The notes beneath the pieces are model-generated. The model was given only the letters and a program-made list of their open reading frames with translations. It was not told where the DNA came from and ran no database searches. The position numbers and the translations under genes were made by a program. A stretch of DNA of 64,000 nt from Octopus sinensis (Eukaryota), in NCBI RefSeq assembly GCF_006345805.1, contig NC_042999.1:69626001-69690000 (forward strand), given 5' to 3'. Of this stretch, positions 51,940 through 64,000 are shown in pieces; the first letter of the stretch is position 1, and every line of letters starts with the position of its first letter.

Positions 51940-52470
51940 GAGAGGGGGGATACCCAGAAGTAGTTGAAAGCTTCTGTTATCTAGGTGATCAAGTTAGCAC
52001 TGGAATAAGAATAGGCTGGGGAAAGTTTGGAGAGCTTCTGCCTTTGTTGGCAACAAAGGGCCTCTCCCTCAGAATGAAAGGTAGACTGTATGCTGCCTGA
52101 GTGTGAACAGCCATGAGCTGTAACTGCAGAGGACATGTGAAGACTTGAAAGAAATGAAGCCAGTATGCTTTGCTGGATGTGCAATGTCAGTGTGCTTGTA
52201 CGACAGAGCGTAAATGTCTTCAGAGAAAAACTGGGCATAATAGGCATTAGATGTGGTGTGCAAGAAAGATGAATGTTCTGGTATGGCCATGTGATGCTTA
52301 TGGACGAGGACAGCTCTATAAAGAAGTGCTGATCTCTTACTGTGGAGGGAACCTGTGGAAGAGGTAGACCCAGGGATGAAGTGATGAAGCATGATCTTTG
52401 AATGTTGGGCCTCATAGGAGCAACGACAAGAGACCAAGACCTTTAGCGATATGCTGTGCTTGAGAAGATG
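51940..52470 (+). mobile_element. Decayed RTE LINE 3' fragment
   Basis: FCYLGD...IRIGWGKF.ELLPLLATKGLSLRMKGRLY...WYGHVMLMDEDS...VEGTCGRGRPR, with stops and frameshifts. Confidence 0.8.
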
Positions 52471-52924
52471 CCTCAAGTGAGGTGAAATTGTAGTCGTGGC
52501 CATTGCCAATGTCATGTGAATGGCACCTGTGAAATCATATTTGTGGCCGTTGCTGGTAGCAGGATCTTTGAATGTCAGACCTTATGGAGGTGAAGACAAG
52601 TGACCGAGACCTTTGGAGAGGTGCTGTACTTAAGAAGACTTGCCAAGCCAAGTGAAATCGCCACAGAGACAACTGTTGCCAGTGCCATGTAAATAGCACC
52701 TGTGAAATCATAGTTGAGGCCATTACCAGCGTCATGTAAATGACACATATGTCAGTGGCATGTGAAAAGCACATATTACTCTCTGGAAGTGGTTGGCTTT
52801 AGGAAGGGCATCCAGCCAGAGAAACCAAGCCAAATCAGACAGGAACCTGGTGCAGCTCTCCAGCTCAGCAGTTCCAGTCAAACCACCTAATCCATGCCAG
52901 TATGGAAAGTTTTATATATATATA

Positions 52925-54849
52925 CTAGCTGAAGGTGACACACTCTATGCGTGGGTAAGAGTGTGGTTGTTACTTTCTGTTGCTTCCTTTCAGCACGTAA
53001 AAAGCACCATCCGAACGTGGCCAATTGCAGCGCCGCCTTGACTGGCTTCTGTGCCGGTGGCATGTAAAAAGCACCAACTGATCGTGGCCGCTCCAGCCCC
53101 CCTGGCACCTGTGCTGGCGGCACGAAAAAAGCACCCACTACACTCACAGAGTGGTTGGCGTTAGGAAGGGCATCCACCTGTAGAAACACTGCCAGATCAG
53201 ACTGGAGCCTGGTGCAGCCTCCTGGCTTCCCAGACCCCGGTCAAACCGTCCAACCCGTGCTAGCACGGACAACAGACGTTAAACGATGATGATGATGATT
53301 CTCCCTCTTTGTTTCTCTCTCCTTTCTCTCTCACTTCCCCACTCTCTTACTCTTCCTTTCTCTCGGACTCTCCCTCGCTTTCTCTTACTCTCTATCTTTA
53401 TCTATCTCTCTCCCATTTATTAACAACAAAAGATCTTGAGTAAGTTGAGAAATAAAATATTTAGAAAGATCAATCATAAATATCAGGCAGTAACAATGGA
53501 AAAATCTGCTTCAAGGCAGACAGCAAAACACTAACATTTAAAAGGGACAGACGAACTTGCGAGCTGAATAAAAATAATAAAATATTGGAAACCAAAGTTT
53601 GAAGGGATAGAATGTGAGGATAGTAGAGTCACCATGGCCGGCATTTCTTAATGACGGACAGCAACGTTTTGACAGTTTAACGGCTGGCGTAAAATTTTGA
53701 ACTTGATGTAAAAGAAATCCCTAAACACCAAGTTTTGAAGTGATTCTTTCTCATGACAATAGACTCACCATGGTAAGCATTCAAAACTTCTTCATCATGG
53801 ACGGCAACACATTGACGATTAAAAGGCTGGCGCAAATTTTTTAGCTTGATGTAGCAGAGAATTCCTAAACACCTGCTCCTTTAAATTTTAATCCCCTTCC
53901 AGCCCCATTTAGACCCTTTTCACATTTTGGTTAATATAACCCAATTTCATTTGGGTCTACTGGGGCCACATATGAGGAATTTTGTCCTAGAGGTCACACC
54001 TTTCATTTGAGGGAAAAAAATAGTTGTCATGCAAACTTGCGAGCACTTTTAACATAGGTCTGCATATTTTCAGCTCAACCGACCACATAATGCACACATT
54101 ATATATATATATATGTATATATGTGTGTGTGTGTGTGTTTGAGTCTCTCTCATACGTGAGCGTTGATGCTGAATTCGACTGGTAAGCAGGTAACCTTGTC
54201 TTTGTTGAAATAGTTGTGAGCTGCTGGAGTTATTTCTCTGACGGGTAATAGGAATTTCCATATCCTCCGAGGAAATTAACTGTTGACCCAGACAATTAGA
54301 ATTAATTTTAATCAAAGCATTAATTTAAGAAAAAATAATAAAGTAGTAAAAAATGAAAATTTAGCACAAAAAATTTGCAGGGTTCTAAATAAATGTTAAA
54401 ATGTAATAGATACGAAAAACCTACGTTATCACCAGAACACGAACGCTGGTTGGTGTGTTCTGTTTGTATTTGCTCCATCGGCGTGTTGACAGGCAGACAA
54501 TAGAATACGATGGCGGTGGCGATGATAATTCTCTCTATGAATGCAGACAGATACATAAAAGAAGGCCATTTGAGGAAGTGAAAGTAATGGGAATGTATGA
54601 AATAGAGTGAGTGAAAAAGTGCTGGGAAGAGAGGAAATAGCGAGAGTGAGTTGAGGAAGACAGATACATTAAAGAACCGGAGTGGACTTGTCAAAGTGGG
54701 GTTTTGGCCCTAGCAACGACACCTTTTAAGACGGGCATCGTCACCTCATTTTACATGTCCCTGTAAATTTTGGAGTCAATCGGACAGGATGTAGTGGCCT
54801 TGAAAGCGATCCAAGCAGTAAAAACGCATTTCAGTTTTATATATAGAGA
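52925..54849 (-). mobile_element. Non-autonomous Helitron (about 1.9 kb) with nested SINE
   Basis: 5' TCTCTATATATAAAAC at 54849; 3' degenerate hairpin plus CAGCTAG|T at 52925; SINE at about 52985-53298; internal ~110-bp duplication (53625-53730 vs 53761-53873). Continuity of the two ends is inferred. Confidence 0.55.
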
Positions 54850-55579
54850 TAAAACTTTACTCTTTTACTCGTTTCAGTCATTTGACTTCAGCCATGCTGG
54901 AGCACCACCTTTAGTTGAGCAAATCGACCCCATGATTTGCCTAGTACTTATTCTATTGGTCCCTTTTGCCGAACCGCTAAGTTACGGGGATGTAAACACA
55001 CCAGCATCAGTTGTCAAGTGATGTTGGGGGACAAACACAAATACACACACGCATATATGTATACATATACATATATACGACGGGTTTCTTTTCAGTTTTG
55101 TCTACTAAAATCCACTCACAAGGCTTTGGTTGGCCCGAGGCTATAGTAGAAGACACTTGCCCAAGGTGTTACGCAGTGGGACTGAACCCAGAACCATGTG
55201 GTTGGTAAGCAAGCTGCTTACCAAACAGCCACTCCTGTGCTTTGACAATAATATTTTCAAAAACATGTAGTTTGGTATAGAAATTATTTTCAAAAAAACT
55301 AATTCAATATGTAATTTTTTACACATACACGACATCACATCATCATAAATTAATGTCCATTTTCCATGCTGTCATGGGTTGAACAGTTTAACAGTATCTG
55401 GCAAGCTTCAGTATCAGCATTGCTGTAATTTCTCCAGCTAAATGCCCTTCCTAAAGCTAATTTCTTTACAGTGTGTTTTGGGTGCATTTTTGGGGGTTAA
55501 ATAATTTCTTTGAAATATTTCAGCTGAAAATATTAATCTCATTCTTCATTTCCCATTTTTCTCTTTTCTCCTTGCCTAG

Positions 55580-55647
55580 ATGCTGCATCCAAAGAGTCCT
55601 TCATTCGACAGAATGGTCTGCCTATTTTAATAATGGCGCTGCGTGTA
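55580..55647 (+). CDS. AGTPBP1: AGTPBP1/CCP1-family exon
   Basis: Acceptor ttctccttgcctAG, donor GTAAGT (55648); 68 bp, phase 1 to 0; encodes (D)AASKESFIRQNGLPILIMALRV. Confidence 0.85.
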
Positions 55648-56193
55648 GTAAGTGGATTGTTTCTTGCATCTTTTGATCAAACTATCATCTCTCTCTCTCT
55701 AAAGGGAACTACCATGTTGCTGTTGTTGTTGTTGTTGTTGTTGTTGCTTATCTCCTCATCAGATCTGATGCAGTTGGCTTCTCATCAAAAACTTTGCAGC
55801 CATGACCATCTCATCATTTTTTCACCTTGAGCCCTAAACCACGGTTTCCTTGGTATATAAGTGACTGAGATCCCAACATTCCCCCCTGGATGGGATACTG
55901 GTCCATTGCAGGGTCTGAGACTAGCAATTTTGAGGGGAGGGGTAAAGTCAAGTGCATCAAACCCTAGCACTTGACTAGGACTTTATTTTTTTTAATTATC
56001 AAAGGATGAAAGACAAAAGTTGACCTCTGTAGGATTTGAACTCAGGATATAAAGAACTGGAAGATACAGTTAAGCATTTAGTCTGATGAGCTAACAATTC
56101 TACCAGCTTGCTGCTTTCATATCATAGCATATCTTGGACTACATAATCTGTAAGCTGTCCTCTATATTTCATAAGAAGCTAGGCATTATTTAA

Positions 56194-56413
56194 CCCTTTT
56201 GTAACCAACCCAGCTGAAACCAGCTCTGGCTCTGAGTACAAATGTCTTGTTTTCATAAGTTTTGAATTAAAATCTTCCACCAAACCTTAGTCACAATTTA
56301 TGTTCCTAACACTAGCTTAATGATAACTAAGTTATTTTGCTAAATTCTTTGTGATATTTAAAGTCATTGAAAGAAACACAGAGCATCTCAACAGAAATAT
56401 GGTATCAAAAGGG
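56194..56413. mobile_element. piggyBac-type MITE
   Basis: TTAA|CCCTTTTG.TACC ... GGTA.CAAAAGGG|TTAA; an internally deleted second copy lies at 56441-56553. Confidence 0.8.
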
Positions 56414-56600
56414 TTAAAATATATAATACAGAAATAATACTTAACCCTTTTGAATGATAACTAAGTTATTTTACTAAATTCTTTGTTATATTTAAAGTAA
56501 TAATTGAAAGAAATACAGAGCATCTCAAAATAAATACAGTAATGAAAGAGTTAATGGAAATTTGGTCGATATTGCTAGCAGGTTCTGCATCTGCATAGAG

Positions 56601-56867
56601 CAGTGATTCTCAACCCCTTTTTTCCCTATGGACCCCTTTGGTTTCTATTCTTCTCAAATGGCCCCCATAACCATTTGATGTTTAAAAGATCCCCTTACAT
56701 TTTTATAATCAGATATTAGGAATTGTATAAAAAATTGTTACAATATTTTGTACGTAGAAGTATCACCAGTTTATTGCAGATAAATTTTAACAGCAAAATC
56801 TTATATGGACCCTCAAAGGGTTATACAGCCCACCAAGTATCATAGGGGTCCTGGTTGATAACCAGTG
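56601..56867. mobile_element. hAT-type MITE
   Basis: TIRs CAGTGATTCTCAAC / GTTGATAACCAGTG with 8-bp TSD GCATAGAG/GTATAGAG. Related copies lie at about 25905-26760 (split by a SINE), 45195 and 57238-57456. Confidence 0.75.
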
Positions 56868-57959
56868 GTATAGAGGCTTCTATGTTGGCTCTGTGTTGTG
56901 GTTTAACCTGTTGGATGTTACAGTTAAGCCCTTCTTTGTACATTCCCTCCCATCTTTGAAACAGTGTCTGTCCTAACCCATAGTATTTGATGGCCTTTGT
57001 CACCTGTTATACAAAAACTGTATTTGCAATTGGGAAGTTTCTCTCCAAGTGACAGACTTGGGCAATGTTTTCTTTGCTTTTTTTATGGATGACTAGGAGT
57101 CAATCATGCATGCAAGTTTTGTTTCTCTGCTCCAGTGATTCTGTCCAAGGGAAAGAGAAAAGACAAGGGCTGATATTACTGTCAGAACACAAATACTCAG
57201 AACAGATTCCATAAAGCATTCCATCCAGTGCTCTTAAACTGTGATTCTCAACTGGGGTTCATATGGCTTTTAGGGGTTCTTATGGCCCTTGAGGGTCCAT
57301 ATAAGATTTTGCTGTTAAAATTTATGTACAATTCCCAATATTTAATTATAGAAATGTAATTGGAACTTTTTAAACATCAAATGGCTCTGGGGGTCCAACC
57401 AAGTAAGACAGGAGTTAAAGGGGTCCATAGGTAAAGAATGATTGAGAACCATTGTTCTAAGAGGTTGACCAATCCACTGGTGTGGACTGCTGCTTTCTTT
57501 ATTGGTCCTGAAAGGATGAAAGGCAAAGATGATCTTAGTAAGATTTGAACTCATAATGTAGAGAGTCTGAACAAAATACCACAAGGCATTCAGTCTGACA
57601 CTAATGAATCTGCTAATTCACTACCCTGGGGAATCATACAAGAACTGTCTCTCTTTCTGTCTCTGTCTATTTGTGTGTGTGTGTGTGTGTGTGCATGTCT
57701 GTCTGTCTGCCTCTCTCTCTCTCTCTCACTCATATTCTTGTTTTACAAGCGTCCGCAATCATGGAGCTCCATACCGAAATCTGAAGACTGATGATTTTAT
57801 TTGGCAGAAGATTCTGCAATGCTTTTCAGTAGCCTTCTGTCAGTCTATTTACAGTTTACTTTGTTAGATTTCTTCTCTCCTAAGCTTACCCTTCAAATGC
57901 AGAGGGGTCTGTTTAACCCTTAGACATGGGGACTGCTTCATATAACATCAGGGCATGTC

Positions 57960-58737
57960 CGCAGTCCAGTAAACCTGTGTAACACACAGCTGGTGGTCAG
58001 CCCTACCCCCAAGTATATGGTGGTGAATATACGTTGGTGAATAGGAAGAAGAAGATGAAAGAAGACGTGGACTCACTGCCAAAGGGTCCACTAAAGAAAA
58101 GAAAGGAGAGTAAACAGGACGCACAACACGAGATACCAACAACATCAAAGGAAGCCAATGCAGGAAAACCAGTGGGACTACAGAAACAAATATATAAAAA
58201 AGAGCCCAAACAGAAATGGCATATGGTAACATTTGCGAAAAGGACAGAGAAGAAAATCACAAAAATGAAATCAGTAACGAGGGTGAAACTAACGACGGAA
58301 TACTATACAGAAAGCACCAAAGCAATTGTTGTTGATGACGAGAGATGTGAAAATCTGCAAGAACCATTCGGAAATAAGATAGACCAAACGGGGAAATATG
58401 CGTTGAGTTTGATGACTCGCCACCAGTAGTAGAGTCCGATGACCTGTTGCCGTACATAAAATGGTAAAAATAAGCAAAAAGCAAGTAAATATTTAAAAAT
58501 TTTAAATGTCTGCAAAAAGAGATAAAAAAAGGAAAAAAAGAGAATTGGTTATAAATGTTAAACGAAAAATAAAAATGATACTGACTGCGAGTGGGGAGAA
58601 GGCAAGCCATTTCATCTTCATTGTTATAATCCATCCTTTATTCGTTCATTCTGTGTTTCTTGTCTCCACTGAGGTGTTTTGTCTGTCCTTGTGCTGTCCC
58701 CTCTGTGTTATGGCCTGCTTGCCGAATAAAGGAAATA
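57960..58737 (+). mobile_element. Probable LINE-derived fragment with Lys-rich ORF remnant and SINE-shared 3' tail
   Basis: 131-aa ORF at 58034-58429. The tail 58678-58737 shares TTTGTCTGTCCTTGT, TGTCCCCTCTGTGTT and the terminal TAAAG(G)AAATA with the SINE tail at 37261-37320 (minus). Confidence 0.35.
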
Positions 58738-59397
58738 CAGCCTTCCCCCAAGTCCTATATACTTTAGCTATAGCACCATCTTCTACTGGGACCCTTGATG
58801 GGTTCTGCCATCCAAGGCAAAGATAGATATCTGACTAGTTGTGACTAAAGATTAACTCCATACTTCCTGAAACTTCTGAACTCCCAAGTTTAAGTCTCAC
58901 CTCCAGATGCAATTTAATGTTAAGTATTCTTGACAGATCTCTAGTTTGAGGATAGCTCCCTTCCTTCCTCACACCTATCTTGGAGGCCCTTTAAATGGTT
59001 AAGAGCACTGCCTTCCTTTGCTGACAGAAATATAAAAGGAGAGAGAGAGGGAGGTTTTTTTGTTTTCAACAAAAGTCAAGAACACTATCTAACGTTGTCT
59101 GTTCATTTGCAGGTACCAGAGATGTCTTGTTCCTAACACGACTAAACAGAGTCCTCACCTCCCCCACCTCCTTGCTTCTCCATCTTTGTAGGATAAAGTG
59201 TACTGTATCTGTGTTATAAAGTGTTATTTGCTTAATAAAATCTATCATACTTATATACTAAAATCTTATCAGATCTACCGTGTAGTAAGATCTCTTTGTC
59301 TTCATAATTTTGAACTTTTTTTATAACCTTATTTATAACAATGATGTTTAGTTATTTATGATCACACATTGCAAAAAATATTTCTGATTTTCTTTAG

Positions 59398-59464
59398 GCA
59401 CCAAGTGAAAAACAGATTGTTGATAACATCATAAGCACTTTGCTGGAACTTCTCCATAAATCTT
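59398..59464 (+). CDS. AGTPBP1: AGTPBP1/CCP1-family exon
   Basis: Acceptor ttttctttAG, donor GTAAGT (59465); 67 bp, phase 0 to 1. APSEKQIVDNIISTLLELLHKS resembles CCP1 [21 protein letters not shown]. Confidence 0.85.
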
Positions 59465-60309
59465 GTAAGTTCAGACAACACAACACTTCATAATTGTTGC
59501 TAGTTTTATATCCTCTATTTCCCATTGTCCCAACCAACTTGCAAAAATGTGTGTGTGTATGTGTGTGAAAGAGAAAGACGTATAAATGAAAAAAAATCAT
59601 ACATATCTTCCACCAGTCCCTGATTACTACATTATTGATCTTGAGCCCCACTCAATCTCTGTCCTTGCCACACGCAACTGCTGAACTCATTAAAAGATTT
59701 GAGTGAAAAGGAGACAAATTTTGAAAAATGGATGTCTAAAAACTGGGTGTTTCTAAAATCCATCAAACAGGTTCAGTTCTGCTGTATGGCGTCTTGAGTA
59801 AGCTGACCAATGCCTTGTGAGTGAAATTGGTAATAGGAAACAGTACAAAACCGATCATCATCATCTGCCTTCCAAAGTGGCATGGGTTGGATGATTCAAC
59901 GTGATCTAACATCCATTTTTCCATGCTCTCATGGGTTGGTCAGAGTCTGTTGAGACAAATTGTCTACAGCCAGATACTTTTCCTGTTGCCAACCCTCATG
60001 TTTCCAAGTATATCATCATCATCATCTTTCAATGTCTATTTTTCTTGATGTGGTTTGGATGGTTTGACAGGAACTGGAGAGTTGCACCAAGTTCCATTGT
60101 GGGTTTTGGCATGTATTTTACAGCTGGATGCCCTTCCTAAAACCAGCCACTTTACAGAGGGCACAGGGTGCTAGTGTTTTTATACACACACACACACACA
60201 CACACAAGGGCACAGACACATTTTTCAAATACTAGCTTGGCTGTTGTACATCTTTCAAAGAATTCTGTGACTTAAAGAATTGAAAATTATTTCTGTCTTT
60301 ATTCTTCAG

Positions 60310-60456
60310 CTAATAGTAAATATCTCGCAATATTGGTCAACTGTGATGCCTGTAGTATACTTCTACAAATTCTAATGTCTGAATATAAAGAATCTTTACC
60401 AAGAGAATGCTTAATGATGCAACTGCATCAGTTGTTAGCAAAGATTGGTACAAAAG
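60310..60456 (+). CDS. AGTPBP1: AGTPBP1/CCP1-family exon
   Basis: Acceptor tttattcttcAG, donor GTAAGA (60457); 147 bp, phase 1 to 1. SILLQILMSEYKESLPRECLMMQLHQLLAKIGTK(D) matches CCP1 [36 protein letters not shown]. Confidence 0.9.
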
Positions 60457-61022
60457 GTAAGAATTTAACTTTTTGTTTGGTTTTCGTTGGTCAGTGGAGA
60501 CAGTTGGTGCCCTCCACTTCTAATGTCCATTTTTTTATTTTTTTATTTCATATTCATATAACAGTTGTCCCTATTGTTGGATCAGTGGTCAGCTGGTTTC
60601 AGTACTTATTACAGACTCATCAGAGGTCAGTTATTTGCTGACCATACAGAGATAATTAGCTTTCGGTTATTTATTATTAATGGAGAGTGCAAGTAAAGGG
60701 GGATAAGTAAAGCAACGGACTGCTGAATTAAAGTGTACCGACAGTTCGAAAAAAAAAAGCAGTGAATTCAGCACAAGTGCCATTTGTATGACATCGGGGT
60801 GCATTTACCAGCACAGGTGCCATTTGTGTGACACCGGGGTGCATTTACATGCCAATGGCATGGGTGCCAGTTTGTGTGACACCAGTATCAGCTATGACTG
60901 CGATTTTGCTCAGTTTGATGGGTCTTCTTCTCAAGCACAACATAATGTTTTGATCATTGCCTCTGTGAGGCCCAACACTAGGTTATTTGAAATGTAGCTA
61001 TAGAAATATTGTAGGATGCTGG

Positions 61023-61887
61023 GTATATCATGACAAGTTAGTGTGAATATAATGACACCATTATCGAGGCAATGCTTGGACACATTGTCAGTGCTATGTC
61101 TTGGAGTCATTTGATATTTTGGGTCCTGAGAACCCTCATTCAGGTGACTTGACCTACATTGATCCATGGTAAGCCTGTGTCTAAATGGCATACTACTGAG
61201 ACACCTCAACACTACCACCACCATTCACTTCGTTTCAGTCAGAGCCATCTCAATGCTTTCTCAGCAGCCCCTATGTTGATCTTGAGGGTTCTTCTTTGGC
61301 TCCTGAAATGCCTGGAGTTCCATGGCCTTACTCAAAGTACGATCTGCAAACCCTTGACTGCTAACTCCCACTATTAAACACTGTGTCCTGCATCCATTCT
61401 TACAGCAGTCCTCCACCAACTCCTCATACATGGTTCTCTTTACCACTTGATCATCCTCCATCCTTTCCTCCCAGGGCACAGTTGACTTCAGAAGGACTAG
61501 ATGCTTTGTTAGCAAGGTCCAGGTGATGTGCCTTGGAAAGTTTAGCTTTTTTTGCCAGATCTATTTTCATCACCATGTACCATTGTGTGGAAAATAATCC
61601 CTCAGAGTTGCTCCTGGACCTTTACACCAACCTCTCTCCTTCGACTGGTTGTAATGCTGGTATTTTTGCAGTCACTGGTCCCCTTGCTGATTGCCTCAGA
61701 AATGGTGTTGAGGGCATATCTATGTCTCCAGCAATAGTTTGATCACTTGGAGTAGCTGCTTAAGATGTGCATGAGGGTGTGTGATTTAGAACATGAAGGG
61801 GCTTCTGCTAAATCCCATGTAAACAGGTGAGATAGGCTGAAGAAGACATCATGGACCCCTAGTGACAGTAATATTGTAGTGTGTTGA
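61023..61887 (-). mobile_element. HERO-like (RLE-type) non-LTR retrotransposon 3' fragment
   Basis: HTLMHILSS...YCWRH, then KHLVLLKSTVPWEERMEDDQVVKRTMYEELVEDCCKNG...GFADR, then AAEKALRWL; flanked by a ~33-bp direct repeat (60990-61022 and 61888-61920). Confidence 0.8.
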
Positions 61888-62075
61888 AAATGTAACTATA
61901 AAAATATTGTAGGATGCTGGAGGGACACTGGGTATGCAGTGCCAAGGTATGGGATTATATATGGATTATAGAGACAGGAATATCTTAGTGAAGTGGTAAT
62001 GAGTTGAGCATTTTATTGTGATTTTGTTAATCCAGAAAATGTCACAAAATTAAATTTGTATGTTTTTTCTTTTAG

Positions 62076-62207
62076 ATCCGAAATTCCCTGTAAAAGGAAG
62101 ACTATCCCAGGCCCTCGTAATTACTTTGAATCTTATAAAAACTAACACAACACATTACAAGAATTTGCTACCATTGTTACGGGTGCTCAAAATGTATTCT
62201 TCAAATA
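62076..62207 (+). CDS. AGTPBP1: AGTPBP1/CCP1-family exon (gene continues beyond window)
   Basis: Acceptor ttttcttttAG, donor GTAAGC (62208); 132 bp, phase 1 to 1. (D)PKFPVKGRLSQALVITLNLIKTNTTHYKNLLPLLRVLKMYSSN matches CCP1 [44 protein letters not shown]. Confidence 0.9.
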
Positions 62208-62414
62208 GTAAGCATTTTTCTTCATTATCTTTTGTTAAATTTATTTAACTAGGTGTGGCGCATGGATAAGAAGCTTGGTTCCCAACCAAACGGTTTCAAG
62301 TTCAGTGCCACTGCACAGCACCTCAGTACTCAGGACAAGTGTTTTCTATGATAGCCTCAGGTTGACCAAAGCCTTCTGAGTGGATTTGGTAGACAGAAAC
62401 TAAAAGAAGCCTTT

Positions 62415-62471
<57 letters not shown>

Positions 62472-62479
62472 ATCCATCC

Positions 62480-62522
<43 letters not shown>

Positions 62523-63528
62523 ACACACACAACATGCTTCTTTTATATGTGTGTGTCTGTGTACTGTTGTCTTGCCATCACATGATGGTTGTAAACTGAA
62601 CATCAGTGTTGTACATTCATTTTCCCTTGTAAAACATGTCTGGCCATGGAAAATATTACTTTGCTTGGAAACAGGTGAAGGTTGGTGACAGGAAGGGCAT
62701 CCGGCTGCAGAAAATCTGCCTCAATGAATTCCATCTCCCCCATGCAAACATGGAAAAGTGGACATTAAATGATGATGATGATGAATGGATGTAAGGGAGA
62801 CTCAGCAGAGTAAGTGACTCTGGTGTTGGCCATTTTAGTTACTGGAGCCTAACACATCATATTTGTATCACCACTTCTATCCTGTACTTCCTGGAAGAGA
62901 TACATAGCTGTTAACAGTCCATTCTATTTTCATGTGAAATTGTTACCATAAAAACCTTGCTCAAACTGACCTCACCTGTGCCTGTGCCACGTAAAAAGCA
63001 CTAAGTCCACTCTGTTGAGTGGTTGGTGTTAGGAAGGGCATCCAGCTGTAAAAATCCTGCCAAAACAGTTACAGAAGTCTGGCGCAGGCTTCTTTCTGCC
63101 TGGCTAGCTCTTGTCAAACATTCCACCCATGCCAGTATGGAAGGCGGATGTTAAATAATGATGATGATGAAGTGGTGCAGTCTGCTACTAAGAACAACAA
63201 CACAACTGTATCATTAGACACTGGTTTGTTAACTTGCAATTTCAAGATCAAATCCAACCTTAAGTAATGAGAAAACTGTTGGATTTCAATCTTGTGTATC
63301 TTCTGTATGAATTTTACAAAAAAAAAAAGAAAAACAAAATCTTGAATGATGTCCCTAAAATCCAGCAAGTTAGGGGTCATTGTAATGGAGAGAAGTTTTG
63401 GCACAGCCATTTTGGTATTATTCATTTGATGCTGGCTTGTTTGACATCAAATATCTTAATACTTCTCTCCTCCACTTCTCTCTCTCTCTCTCTCTCTCTC
63501 TCCACCTTTCTTCCTCTCTTCTGTCTGC

Positions 63529-63589
<61 letters not shown>

Positions 63590-64000
63590 TGTATAAGCAT
63601 GTTGAGCCTATTTCTCTTTATGTGTATGAAGAGAGAGAAAGTGTGTATGTCAGTCATGTTCAACTACTAAATTGTATTCTCCCCCACTCTCTCTACTTCT
63701 GTTCTTCTGTGTGCTTGTGTATGTTGCTAGAACAGGCTGAAAATCCAATCAGCTGTGCCAAATTATCAGCATCCAAACAGCTGCATCCAATAATTTCATT
63801 CCAATCCAATCCAATCAAATCAAATGTCCATGTATTTTGGTAAATCCATAACATTTTAGGGAATTTAAAGATTAATTTGATTAATAATGAAGCAGAAAGG
63901 AAGAGATAGGCACGTGTCCTGCAATGCCAGAACCAGAGGTGTGAAGTGTTCTTATACTTACTTGTATTTGTGGTGTAATTCACCTCTGGCCAATGGGTTG

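Overview
Eukaryotic, AT-rich, repeat-dense genomic DNA. It is most likely from an octopus (coleoid cephalopod); this is inferred from recognising the SINE families and microsatellite load, not from a search. One host gene is well supported. Six + strand exons (44523-44613, 49676-49830, 55580-55647, 59398-59464, 60310-60456, 62076-62207) splice in frame to about 213 aa matching the N-terminal region of cytosolic carboxypeptidase 1 (AGTPBP1/Nna1/CCP1 family), and the gene continues past the window. The most notable element is a nearly intact, 5'-truncated Penelope-like retroelement at 3496-6812. It has a Naiad-like RT plus GIY-YIG ORF broken by one in-frame TAA, an inverted pseudo-LTR, a fold-back micro-inversion at the junction, and a variant hammerhead ribozyme (HHR) that is intact in one pLTR copy and deleted in the other. 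Three more unrelated HHR-bearing pLTR-like fragments occur at about 15.0, 17.5 and 33.1 kb, all with non-canonical cores. Other structures are several long hairpins, a diverged ~40-bp hairpin-unit tandem array, an LTR followed by four reiterated tRNA-Trp PBS-like motifs, a twin-primed RNase H LINE, RTE, HERO-like and CR1/L2-group LINE fragments, non-autonomous Helitrons, piggyBac and hAT MITEs, and dozens of SINEs. Most ORFs in the supplied track are microsatellite or SINE artefacts. All alignments and folds were done by eye.
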